From contig JBAZJR010000001.1 in NCBI GenBank assembly GCA_041651195.1, positions 135,601-199,600 of the forward strand: a stretch of DNA of 64,000 nucleotides, written 5' to 3'. The notes under the pieces were generated by a model that saw only the letters and a list, made by a program, of their open reading frames with translations, ran no database searches and was not told the origin of the DNA. How positions within the stretch are numbered: the first letter of the stretch is position 1; each line of letters begins with the position of its first letter. This stretch comes from Patescibacteria group bacterium. GTDB taxonomy: Bacteria > Patescibacteriota > Patescibacteriia > Patescibacteriales > UBA12465. The position numbers and the translations under genes were made by a program. Below are positions 54,945-63,906 of the stretch, one piece after another.

Positions 54945-55445
54945 ATGAGCAAAAAAACTTATCTTTGGCTGGGAGTGGCGATCATCATCGTCATCGCGGC
55001 CGTCTATGTTTTAGCCTCGCTGAACTACCCGGGCGCTAACGGCCAATACGGGAGTCAGGAGCCAGGCGCTAAGACCGGGGTCAATCCCGCGGCCTTAAAC
55101 GCCGAGAACGCCGCGGCTCTCAAGAAGAGCGAAGTCTTGCCAGGTTACGCGACGGAAAGCGCTTCAATCGAACAGGCGCCGATGATCATCGTCGTGGATG
55201 AAAAATCTTTCAGCCCGAAAAATCTGAAAGCCAAGATCAACTCCAAGGTCACTTTCGTCCTTGAAGCTTCAGATGAAGAGACTCATTCTTTGTCTTTCTC
55301 GGATAAGGTCTACGCCTATATCAAGGATGTTGAGTTCTCTAAAGAGGGCGGCCGGAAATCCATAACTTTCCCGGCTAACGTCAAAGGAGTTTATAATTTC
55401 TATATCGATCAGGAGAGCAATAAGGGAACTTTGGCAGTCGAGTAG
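54945..55445 (+). CDS. membrane-anchored cupredoxin-like protein lacking Cys/His copper ligands
   Basis: It aligns by eye with the C-terminal domain of 52571-53263 (THSLSFSD..., KGVYNFYIDQESNKGTLAVE). The Cys and the PGH His are replaced. Confidence 0.5.
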   Translation: MSKKTYLWLGVAIIIVIAAVYVLASLNYPGANGQYGSQEPGAKTGVNPAALNAENAAALKKSEVLPGYATESASIEQAPMIIVVDEKSFSPKNLKAKINSKVTFVLEASDEETHSLSFSDKVYAYIKDVEFSKEGGRKSITFPANVKGVYNFYIDQESNKGTLAVE

Positions 55446-55469
55446 CGTTTAATTTTTTAAAATACCCTT

Positions 55470-58400
55470 ATGAATTTTAAAAAACTCAGACTAGGCAAAT
55501 TATCCTTTTTTGCTCTAGTCTTTACCGTCGTAGCCCTGGCCGGCGCTTTCTTGGCCTGGCGGGGAGCTGGACCGTCAGCTTCGGCGGCCAGCGATTGCCG
55601 GCTGAACGTTACGGCGAGCGGCAACGTCTCGGTCGCGCCAGTATCGGGCAATAACTGTTCGATCAGCAACGATACGATTGAAGGAGTGGATGGCGGCGAC
55701 CTGACTATCCCGACCGGCCGGACAGTGACGATCGAACCAGGCGCCCAATTGGTCATCAACCCGGGCAAGCAGATATTCATGACTAACGAAGATACTCAGA
55801 TCATCCTCGGCAAATCCGGCGGCCGGAGCGGCGCGATCGTCAAAGGCTATCTCTGCGCGGTCGATTCGGACGGCGACGGTTATGCCGATAAGGTCGGCAA
55901 TAGTTCCGAGCCCGTTTATCAATATTCTTCTTCTCCTACTTGTCCAGCGCTCACGGTCCGCAAGGCGAATATCGTGAATATCGCGCAACTGGACTGCGTG
56001 GCCGGCGCTGGCCAGAAGGTAAACGCGACTTGTTCGCCGAAATTAGGCTCTTGGGAGCGTGTTGGTTCGTGCGGTGAGTATGAGCCCGGTATCCAGTATA
56101 TGAAAATGGATTGGACGCGGACGACCCTGACTCCGGCGGGATGCGGCGGTAATGATTGTGTCGCTTCCGGGACTGACTATGATTATACTTTAGATTGCGA
56201 ATGTAATCCTAATGATACAAAATATATTTCTTGCGGTGATGGCAATTGCGCCCGGACATCGGAGTTGTTAGTTTGTGATAGTTCTGGACATTGGCCGACA
56301 AATATTTCTTGCACTCCCGGCACTCCGGGCACTTGCGCTTCTTTAGGCTATGATTGCGGCAACAATATGGATGACGGTTGCGGCGGGACGATCGATTGCG
56401 GCGATGATAACGGATCTCAGAGCTGTTCAGTCGGCGTGGGCGGTTGCGTCCGCACCGGTACGCAATGGAAAACTTGTTCTAGCGGTTCTTGGAGCGTCTG
56501 GGGGGCTTGTTCCGCGACCCCGGGGACGCCAGGCACGGAGAGTTGCAACGGCGTTGATGATGATTGCGATGGTTCGACTGATGAAGAAATAACTCCTCTT
56601 ACCCAGAGCTGTACAGTCGGTTATGGTATCTGCCAGCGCACCGGGACGCAAACCAAGACTTGTTCTGACGGGTCTTGGAGCGCTTGGAGCGCTTGTTCTG
56701 CGACAGCGGGCACGCCGACGGCGGAAATTTGTAACGGCCTTAATGATGATTGCGATCAAGATGGTTCAGTTGATGAAGGCCTAACCGCCCCGTCCCAGAG
56801 CTGCACAGCCGGCACGGGTGATTGCGAGCGCACCGGCACGCAGGTCAAGACCTGCAACGGCGCTTCCGGCTGGAGCGCTTGGGGCGCTTGCTCCGCGACA
56901 GCGGGAACGCCGACGAAGACTTGTGCGAATCAAGGCGATAAAAATTGTGATTATATTTCTGACGGTTGTGGCAGTAGTATATATTGTGGAGCATGTACCG
57001 CGCCAGACACATGTGGAGGGACGGGGATTGCTAATGTCTGTGGTAAAGCTTGCACCTCTGGCTATATTGATTTAGATGGAGATGGCTATGGCAATCCGGC
57101 TCAATATAATTGTTGGGGCAGTGAAACCCCCAGTAGTAATATTTCCAGTAACGGTTATGATTGTGAAGATTCTAACAGTCTCATAACTACCTATGGTCAG
57201 AAGAATCATACCCCGCCTACGTGCGACCCAAACGCCTACTGTGAGGGCCTGTATACACAGGATATTTGTCAAAATGGCGACTGGAATGAGGGAACGTGTG
57301 CCTATCTTATACCACGGACCTCACAGTGGTGCACCGATAACAATAAATGCGGCAATGTCGCAGCCTGCCATGATTTGTGCAGCACCAGCACTATGCCATG
57401 CACCGCTTTCACGAAATACAATATGCCGCCGCATTGGATAGATTGCGGTTCTTCTACGTCATACTCTTGTGATAGTAACGGTGACGGCATGTCTTGCGGC
57501 ACAGTGAGCTGTGTGCCGGATTGGCCCGGCTTTGCTAACGGCGGGACTTGGAGTTCTTGTACCGGCGATACGGTTCAGGTTTATTATGTTGATCGTGATG
57601 GCGATGGTTATGGTAATCCTGATGAAATGACTTATGCTTGTCCCGGGAATCCGCCCGGTTACCTGGCCTATGTAACTAATAATTACGATTGTAATGATAA
57701 TGATGATAGTATAGGGAATTCGTATAGCACCGGGGGTTGGTGCTACGCTGGCGTTGGCGCTTGTATGCGTCAAGGCTCACAAGGACAGACCTGCACAAAT
57801 GGCGTTTGGGGAGCTTTGAGTGCTTGTTCCGCTACTACAGGCACACCAACCACGGAAACCTGTAATGGCATTGATGATGATTGCGACGGATCAACGGATG
57901 AAGGTTTGAATTATTCCCAATCTTGTTCGGTCGGCACCGGCGCCTGCTATCGTACCGGTACCCAGTCGGTAAACTGTTCTGGCGGCTCTTGGAGCTATGG
58001 CTCATGTTCCGCTTCAGCCGGTTCGCCTTCTTCAGAGAGTTGTAACGGCGTTGATGATGATTGCGACGGATCAACGGATGAAGGCTTGAGTCAGTCCCAG
58101 AGCTGTACGGTCGGCGTCGGCTTATGCGCTAATTCCGGCACTCAGAGTCGGTCTTGTTCCGGCGGTTCTTGGAGCGGCTGGAGTTCCTGTTCGGCCACAG
58201 CTTTTTCGCCCCCACCCTGCGCCTACTTCGGCTATGTCTGCGGCAGCAGCGTGTCCAACGGCTGCGGCGGATATATGAATTGCGGCGCGAACTCTGAGTC
58301 CACGAGTTGTTCGGTCGGCACCGGCGCCTGTTATCGCACCGGCACCAAGACTAGATCGTGCTCGGGCGGTTCCTGGGGTAGTTATGGGGCATGCTCCGCT

Positions 58401-58784
58401 ACAGCTGGCTCGCCAGGGACGGAAAGCTGCAACGGCGTCGATGACGATTGTGACGGCTCAACCGACGAGGGAACGAATTATAACCAATCTTGTACCAATG
58501 GTCAGTCTGGCAGCTGTTACCGGACAGGCACCTATTATATGGCCTGTAATAACGGATCATATATCCAAACCACTTCTTGTAACGCGCCATACGTTGCGCC
58601 CGGCACCTGTTCTTCTTTAGGCTATTCTTGCGGCAGCAGCATGTCTAACGGCTGCGGCGGCTATATAAACTGCGGCGCTAATTCGCGCACTAGGTCTTGC
58701 ACGGTTGGCGGCAGCCCCGGCTACTACTATGATACCTGCTCCGGCGGGAGCTGGTCGAATGGGACGACCTGCTATAAGAGTTAA
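55470..58784 (+). CDS. giant Cys-rich secreted repeat protein (CNGxDDDCDG / DxDGDGYG putative metal-binding repeats)
   Basis: 1104 aa with an N-terminal signal/anchor. It has about 9 modules of SC(S/T)VGxGxCxRTGTQxxxCSxGSWSxWxxCSA, 5 CNGxDDDCDGSTDE motifs and 3 DxDGDGY(G/A) motifs. Confidence 0.85.
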   Translation: MNFKKLRLGKLSFFALVFTVVALAGAFLAWRGAGPSASAASDCRLNVTASGNVSVAPVSGNNCSISNDTIEGVDGGDLTIPTGRTVTIEPGAQLVINPGKQIFMTNEDTQIILGKSGGRSGAIVKGYLCAVDSDGDGYADKVGNSSEPVYQYSSSPTCPALTVRKANIVNIAQLDCVAGAGQKVNATCSPKLGSWERVGSCGEYEPGIQYMKMDWTRTTLTPAGCGGNDCVASGTDYDYTLDCECNPNDTKYISCGDGNCARTSELLVCDSSGHWPTNISCTPGTPGTCASLGYDCGNNMDDGCGGTIDCGDDNGSQSCSVGVGGCVRTGTQWKTCSSGSWSVWGACSATPGTPGTESCNGVDDDCDGSTDEEITPLTQSCTVGYGICQRTGTQTKTCSDGSWSAWSACSATAGTPTAEICNGLNDDCDQDGSVDEGLTAPSQSCTAGTGDCERTGTQVKTCNGASGWSAWGACSATAGTPTKTCANQGDKNCDYISDGCGSSIYCGACTAPDTCGGTGIANVCGKACTSGYIDLDGDGYGNPAQYNCWGSETPSSNISSNGYDCEDSNSLITTYGQKNHTPPTCDPNAYCEGLYTQDICQNGDWNEGTCAYLIPRTSQWCTDNNKCGNVAACHDLCSTSTMPCTAFTKYNMPPHWIDCGSSTSYSCDSNGDGMSCGTVSCVPDWPGFANGGTWSSCTGDTVQVYYVDRDGDGYGNPDEMTYACPGNPPGYLAYVTNNYDCNDNDDSIGNSYSTGGWCYAGVGACMRQGSQGQTCTNGVWGALSACSATTGTPTTETCNGIDDDCDGSTDEGLNYSQSCSVGTGACYRTGTQSVNCSGGSWSYGSCSASAGSPSSESCNGVDDDCDGSTDEGLSQSQSCTVGVGLCANSGTQSRSCSGGSWSGWSSCSATAFSPPPCAYFGYVCGSSVSNGCGGYMNCGANSESTSCSVGTGACYRTGTKTRSCSGGSWGSYGACSATAGSPGTESCNGVDDDCDGSTDEGTNYNQSCTNGQSGSCYRTGTYYMACNNGSYIQTTSCNAPYVAPGTCSSLGYSCGSSMSNGCGGYINCGANSRTRSCTVGGSPGYYYDTCSGGSWSNGTTCYKS

Positions 58785-58804
58785 GGTAAATTTAGATAAA
58801 GAAC

Positions 58805-58831
58805 AAAAAAGCACCTTAAGGTGCTTTTTTG
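58805..58831 (+). terminator. rho-independent terminator
   Basis: gcacc ttaa ggtgc followed by tttttt. Confidence 0.75.
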
Positions 58832-58882
58832 CTTTTATTAGCAAAATATTTTTATCAAATTTGACAAAAATTAGTAAAAATA

Positions 58883-58911
58883 TTGACAAAAGATGAAATG
58901 TATAGTATAAT
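58883..58911 (+). promoter_or_regulatory. consensus sigma70 promoter
   Basis: TTGACA, a 17-nt spacer, then TATAAT. An AAGGAGGA RBS precedes the ATG at 59006. Confidence 0.55.
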
Positions 58912-59005
58912 ATAATTAATTAATGAAGTGTGTCGGGCGCTAGTTAAAGCCCTTTAAAAATTGAATAAAAAACAAAAAAATAAATAATTATCCAAGGAGG
59001 ATAAG

Positions 59006-61111
59006 ATGAAAAAGTTAATAGTGTTCTTATTTTTACTTGTTCCGCTGTTTGTCAGCGGCCAAGTAAAAAATGAAAAGAATTTCGGTTACCCTCTGATGAA
59101 GTTAGAGGCTATAGCCGAAGAATTACCGGCCGGTAATTATCTGCGCCAGGTCGAGAGATTAGCCAAAACAACCGTTGTTCCGTCAGTCGACTATTCTCAC
59201 CTAGTTACTGTCCGAGACCAGTTGAATGGTAATACCTGCGTCAGCTTTGTTACCGTTGGAGCAATGGAGCTTTCCTATAACTTGAAGTTCGGGAGCAAAG
59301 TATCGCCTTTATCTAGCCCGGGTTTCATATATAATCTTGTGAATTTGAATAATTCAGGTAGTGCCTTTGGCATGACCTTGAATTTGTTGCAAGATTTAGG
59401 CTGCCCCGAGGAAAATAAATTTCCTTATAATCCTGATGCCTATAAAATTTTACCAGATTTTTCTATTATGGAGGCAGGGCTGTCTAATAGGATAAATTCT
59501 TGGGACTGGTGGTTCGTAGGTGATACCTTGCCTAGACCTAGCCCCGGTTCAGTACCAATATCAACTCCCGGCTACCTAGGAGTAAATATAATGAAAGAGC
59601 AGTTAGCAGCAGGGAAGCCAGTTATGATAGAATTTTCTACCACCGTAGGGTTTGGTGGAAATTTAGCGAATGATAATTGGATTTACTCCTATGACGCCTA
59701 TGGTCAAGCGCCTTTCACTGGCGGTCACTCCTTGTTGGCCGTTGGTTACGATGATAATAAGCCGACACGAGACGGCCCAGGAGCAATACGGTTCTTGAAT
59801 TCTTGGGGAAACCTGATGGATAATGGGTTTGTCTGGATTTCTTATAAGGCGCTTGCTTTACAGCAGTTTAATTCCCGCGCTTATGTGTTAGAATTGCGCG
59901 ATAATTATAAACCAACATTAGTACTGGAAATGACCGTTGATGGTTTAAATGGCGCGCAGTTCAGGAATCAGGATTGCGGATTAGTAATTGATGGAGCGAC
60001 AAGCTCCCAAAAATTTCTTAGGTTTATTGGCAGCTATGTTAACCCCACTCAAATACTGATTGATTTAACAGACCTTAATTCGTCTATGTTTAACTCGGCT
60101 AGTTTTTTCATTAGAGTAAGAAATCCAGAAGGCACATCGCAAAATTTGATTATCAAATCTTTACATTTTGTTGATGCCTCCCGTGACATAGATTACTATT
60201 TTGCAGCCAATCAACAGCTTAACGGAGGGGAAGTAGATGTCGAATGGAATTTTCGGTCGACGGATTTCAGCTTGTCAATTCAACCGTCCGACTCCGTGAT
60301 GGTTAAGGAGAAAAGCCAACTGTTAGTAAAAGTTGGTGTTGATCCCGGAAAGCCTTTGAGTTACAGCCTGACTACAATCCCGGTTATTGAGGGGCTGAAG
60401 ATAGACACGGCTGGAAATATCTCTTGGGTCCCTGATTACAATCAGGCCGGGGTCTATAAGTTTGTAATAAAAGGGACAGACACGGAAGGTGCAAGTTCTA
60501 CTACGGAAGCTACTATTACCGTTCTCCACACCAATCGTTCTCCAGTCTTTTCGGAAGTCCTTACAAGCCAGACTGTTCTTGTCCATAACATTGGACAACA
60601 GCCATTCCAGTTTAGTTATTCGGCTGTCGATCCGGATAACGACCAAGTTACTTTTACCTTATCTGAAGGTCCGATTGGCAGCTCTATTAGTACTAGCGGC
60701 CAATTCACTTGGCTGCCGTCCCCGGAACAAGCTGGTCAAGCTTTTCCAGTCGTGGTTTATGTCACGGATGGGGAATTGGTTGATTCAACCAGCGCCATCC
60801 TCACCGGCTCGACTCTCGTCGGCGTTGAAGATTTGGCCGGTATCCCGACAGAATACGCCTTGAGTCAGAACTATCCCAACCCATTCAACCCCGCTACCAC
60901 TATTCGCTTTGCCTTACCGAAAAGCGGGCGTGTTACTTTGGTAGTATACAATCTTCTTGGCCAAGAAGTTAGCACCTTGGTCAACGAAGAGTTGAGTCTT
61001 GGAAGTCACGAAGTAAAATTTGATGCTAACAATTTAGCCAGCGGCATCTACATCTATCGCATTAGCACCGCTGATTTCACAGCCAGCAAAAAAATGCTTC
61101 TCACTAAGTAG
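59006..61111 (+). CDS. papain-like (C1) cysteine peptidase with Ig-like domains and a T9SS-type C-terminal sorting domain
   Basis: Signal peptide. Catalytic Cys context QLNGNTCVSF, His context GGHSLLAVGYDD, and NSWG...GFVWISY. Two He_PIG-like Ig repeats are present (AGNISWVPDYNQAGVY, SGQFTWLPSPEQAGQ). The C-terminus QNYPNPFNPATTIRFALP...VYNLLGQEV...SGIYIYRI...KKMLLTK matches the Por secretion tail pattern. Confidence 0.85.
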   Translation: MKKLIVFLFLLVPLFVSGQVKNEKNFGYPLMKLEAIAEELPAGNYLRQVERLAKTTVVPSVDYSHLVTVRDQLNGNTCVSFVTVGAMELSYNLKFGSKVSPLSSPGFIYNLVNLNNSGSAFGMTLNLLQDLGCPEENKFPYNPDAYKILPDFSIMEAGLSNRINSWDWWFVGDTLPRPSPGSVPISTPGYLGVNIMKEQLAAGKPVMIEFSTTVGFGGNLANDNWIYSYDAYGQAPFTGGHSLLAVGYDDNKPTRDGPGAIRFLNSWGNLMDNGFVWISYKALALQQFNSRAYVLELRDNYKPTLVLEMTVDGLNGAQFRNQDCGLVIDGATSSQKFLRFIGSYVNPTQILIDLTDLNSSMFNSASFFIRVRNPEGTSQNLIIKSLHFVDASRDIDYYFAANQQLNGGEVDVEWNFRSTDFSLSIQPSDSVMVKEKSQLLVKVGVDPGKPLSYSLTTIPVIEGLKIDTAGNISWVPDYNQAGVYKFVIKGTDTEGASSTTEATITVLHTNRSPVFSEVLTSQTVLVHNIGQQPFQFSYSAVDPDNDQVTFTLSEGPIGSSISTSGQFTWLPSPEQAGQAFPVVVYVTDGELVDSTSAILTGSTLVGVEDLAGIPTEYALSQNYPNPFNPATTIRFALPKSGRVTLVVYNLLGQEVSTLVNEELSLGSHEVKFDANNLASGIYIYRISTADFTASKKMLLTK

Positions 61112-61130
61112 GAGCCAATATAAACGTTTA

Positions 61131-61165
61131 ACCCCCTCTGTTTTTTAAAGCAGAGGGTTTTTTAT
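61131..61165 (+). terminator. rho-independent terminator
   Basis: ccctctg...cagaggg followed by tttttt. Confidence 0.7.
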
Positions 61166-61169
61166 TTTC

Positions 61170-61207
61170 TTGACATCAAGGTTATCTTTTGTTAAACTAT
61201 AGTTAAC
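61170..61207 (+). promoter_or_regulatory. promoter overlapped by a near-palindromic operator-like site
   Basis: TTGACA, a 17-nt spacer, then TAAACT. The near-palindrome GTTAAaCTATAGTTAAC spans the -10 region. Confidence 0.4.
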
Positions 61208-61230
61208 CTTATTTATTAAATAAAAAATAT

Positions 61231-61446
61231 ATGGAAAGCCTGATTGCTTTAAAAGATTTACGGCTTAATATGGATAAATATGCCACCGCAGTCAAGTCCG
61301 GTAAATCTTTTATTGTTTTGAAACAGAGCAAGCCTATCTTCAAGCTGACCCCCGTAGATGAAGATGATAGCTGGGAAGAAGTCGTCAACTTCGCCAAGAT
61401 TAAAAAGGGCGGTGTTAATATTGACGAACTTTTAGCCGCTTTGTAG
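61231..61446 (+). CDS. type II antitoxin (Phd/YefM-like)
   Basis: 71 aa of the appropriate size. The N-terminus (KDLRLNMDKYATAVKSGKSFIVLKQSKPIFKLTPV) resembles Phd/YefM-type antitoxins. It sits 14 nt upstream of a RelE/ParE-like gene. Confidence 0.6.
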   Translation: MESLIALKDLRLNMDKYATAVKSGKSFIVLKQSKPIFKLTPVDEDDSWEEVVNFAKIKKGGVNIDELLAAL

Positions 61447-61460
61447 CTAATGTCAAAGAT

Positions 61461-61730
61461 ATGGATAAAGTTGCTAAAGCGTTGCAGAACTTATCTGTTA
61501 AGGAAAAGGAAATGATTAAGATTATTCTTTTCAGAATAAAGAGTAATTCTTTATCCGGGCTTGATTTAAAAAAACTAAAGAATCGTGATGATATTTTTCG
61601 TATTAGAAAAGGAAAGTTGCGGATTATTTTTAGAAAGCAAAAAGATGGTCGATACTTTATCTTAGCCATCGAAAGGAGGTCGGATAAAACTTATAATAAC
61701 GTTAAAAGGCTTAGGCCAGTAAAACTTTAA
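61461..61730 (+). CDS. type II toxin, RelE/ParE superfamily
   Basis: 89 aa with FRIRKGKLRIIF....YFILAIERRSDKTY, a typical RelE/ParE core. Confidence 0.7.
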   Translation: MDKVAKALQNLSVKEKEMIKIILFRIKSNSLSGLDLKKLKNRDDIFRIRKGKLRIIFRKQKDGRYFILAIERRSDKTYNNVKRLRPVKL

Positions 61731-61827
61731 TTAAGTATTAATTATGAGATCTGCCGGAATCTGGATATTTGGCCTCTTGACAATTTTTAACCTTGTGTTA
61801 ATATGTTAATACATTAATACAAAAGAT

Positions 61828-62163
61828 ATGACCGAGTTTAAATTTAACGATCGGACGACCAGCCTGTTTGAAGCTATTTTAAGCCTGAAATCGCGACGTG
61901 AAGCCGAGGCTTTTTTCCGTGATTTATGCACCGCTGAAGAGCTAAAAGAGATGTCTGACCGCTGGCAGATGGCGCGCCTAGTCGCGGCCGGCGAGCCCTA
62001 TCGCCAGATCGCGGCCGAGTTGAAGACCAGCACGACTACCGTCAGCCGTGTCGCCAGCTGGCTGAATAACGGACTCGGCGGGTACCGTTTGGCCTTGGCC
62101 CGGCTGGATAAAAAGACTGAGACTGCCCATCATCACGCTTCTTTTTCTAAAAAGAGATCGTGA
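61828..62163 (+). CDS. YerC/YecD (TrpR-like) family DNA-binding protein
   Basis: LCTAEELKEMSDRWQMARLV..G.PYRQIAAELKTSTTTVSRVA is the characteristic TrpR-like helix-turn-helix. Confidence 0.85.
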   Translation: MTEFKFNDRTTSLFEAILSLKSRREAEAFFRDLCTAEELKEMSDRWQMARLVAAGEPYRQIAAELKTSTTTVSRVASWLNNGLGGYRLALARLDKKTETAHHHASFSKKRS

Positions 62164-62256
62164 TGTTATTTTATTAGCCTAATTATAGATAGCGCCCCGA
62201 TCCCTTTTTAGAAAAAAAGGGATTTTTTTATGTGGCGGGATTTAAGCTATTAATTT

Positions 62257-62907
62257 ATGAAAACGATTATTTTTGATCTAGATGGCACGCTCTATCGGTT
62301 TGGGAACGGCTCGTATCATGGTTCGCGCCTAGAACGCGTCGTCCTGAAAAAAGCGGAAAAATATATTGGAGCCAGATTGTCGAAGGCTCCGGACGCGGCG
62401 CGCCTTATCCTCCAGGAGATTATTGGTAAATATCGGGAGGAGATCAGTCTGGGCCTGGAAACAGAGTTCGGCCTCAATCGTGATGATTATTTCCGGACGG
62501 TTTGGGATATTCCGGCTCGCGGTCTGGTCAGGAGAGAAAAAGCTCTGCGGGAGACACTTTTGAAATTGCAAGAAAAGTATCGTCTGGTTTTGCTTTCGGA
62601 CTCGGCGACGGCCTGGATCCTTAATGTTCTGCGTTTTCTCGAAGTCCAGGACATTTTTCAGAGCCATATTTTTTCTGGTGAGAAAGATGTCAGTAAGAGT
62701 TTATTGAATGCTTTTCCGGAGATTGTCAGGCGGTTACGGACAGCGCCGGCAGACTGTATCGTCGTCGGGGATCAGGAGGCAACCGATATCATTCCCGCGC
62801 GCTCTATCGGCATGAAGACGGTTTTTATCCATCCGGTCCGTGAATCTCGCGTGGCTGATCTGAATATTACCGCGGTCCGTGACCTGTTGCGCCACGATTT
62901 AGGCTGA
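62257..62907 (+). CDS. HAD family hydrolase
   Basis: Motif I IFDLDGTLY, motif II LLSDS and motif IV VGDQEATDI. Confidence 0.8.
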   Translation: MKTIIFDLDGTLYRFGNGSYHGSRLERVVLKKAEKYIGARLSKAPDAARLILQEIIGKYREEISLGLETEFGLNRDDYFRTVWDIPARGLVRREKALRETLLKLQEKYRLVLLSDSATAWILNVLRFLEVQDIFQSHIFSGEKDVSKSLLNAFPEIVRRLRTAPADCIVVGDQEATDIIPARSIGMKTVFIHPVRESRVADLNITAVRDLLRHDLG

Positions 62908-62950
62908 TTTATTTCCATAGTTCTTTATAAACTAAAAAAAGGAGGAGCTG

Positions 62951-63826
62951 ATGCTACCTTATGTCGTTTCCGCAGACATCTATCTGCTTTTAGCCGCCTG
63001 GGCTCAGGCAAAAGGCTTTATCTTGCCGGATGATAGTTTTTTTCTAGCCTTTAGAGAAAAATTCGTCGATCAATTAATAAAAATATTCTCGCAAGTCGAT
63101 CTCTTAGCAGAGATGGATTTACTATTTTCCCTCAGGACTTGGCTCGCCGGCAATCGATTGCCCATCGTATCTTTAGACCGAGTTTATCTGCCCAGCCTCT
63201 GTGCGGCCTATCACCCTCTGGAATTAACCAGAGCGGTGGGTCAGGCTAATCAGGATTTAGGCCTCCGACCCCGGGCCGGAGCGCCAAACCTTATCCAGCA
63301 ACTCGCGTCTTTATCGGTTAGCGGCCAGACGGAGGTCGCTCTGGTCGATGATGTTATCTTTTCCGGCGACCTACTATTCAAAGTAATTACGGTCTTGGAG
63401 CGACGAGGAATCAGGGTCGGCGGAATTTATGCGGGAGTCGGTATCGCCGAAGGTCTGGAGAAGATTGCCCGTCTCAATGTCCCAGTTTCTTGCGCTTTCG
63501 TTTATGACCAAGTCGTAGATGAGGTCTGCGAGCGGGATTTCTATCCCGGCGTGCCTTTGGCTGGCCGTCTTTTAGTCGGCAGCAATAATGTCGGCATTCC
63601 CTATATCCTACCCGACGGGCAGCCTGGCCGCTGGGCCTCTATCCCAGAGGAGCGCCAAAGTTCTTTCTCAAAATTTTGTTGGCAACAAACCAGCGACTTA
63701 TTCTCGGCGATCGAGGAATGCTCGGGATGGCCGGTCCTGATCCGCGATCTGGGCCGCTCGATCTCTAGTTGTCCCGTCCCGAACGCCCGCTTCAGCCGGC
63801 TGATTCAGGAGAAGACTATCTTTTGA
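62951..63826 (+). CDS. phosphoribosyltransferase-like protein
   Basis: A PRPP-loop-like VALVDDVIFSGDL sits in the middle of a 291-aa ORF. The remainder is unrecognised. Confidence 0.45.
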   Translation: MLPYVVSADIYLLLAAWAQAKGFILPDDSFFLAFREKFVDQLIKIFSQVDLLAEMDLLFSLRTWLAGNRLPIVSLDRVYLPSLCAAYHPLELTRAVGQANQDLGLRPRAGAPNLIQQLASLSVSGQTEVALVDDVIFSGDLLFKVITVLERRGIRVGGIYAGVGIAEGLEKIARLNVPVSCAFVYDQVVDEVCERDFYPGVPLAGRLLVGSNNVGIPYILPDGQPGRWASIPEERQSSFSKFCWQQTSDLFSAIEECSGWPVLIRDLGRSISSCPVPNARFSRLIQEKTIF

Positions 63827-63906
63827 TAGTCTTCTCCTGAAATCTATCATTAAAATATTATTCAAACATTATTCAAAACAATTTTATTATTTAAACTAAA
63901 ATCATT

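Noticed and set aside
61777-61825. Repeated gttaata/attaata words downstream of a TTGACA box, upstream of the TrpR-like gene, as a possible operator array.
   Set aside because: The words are short, AT-rich and degenerate, so they cannot be distinguished from chance without comparative data. This is noted only as a possible promoter region.
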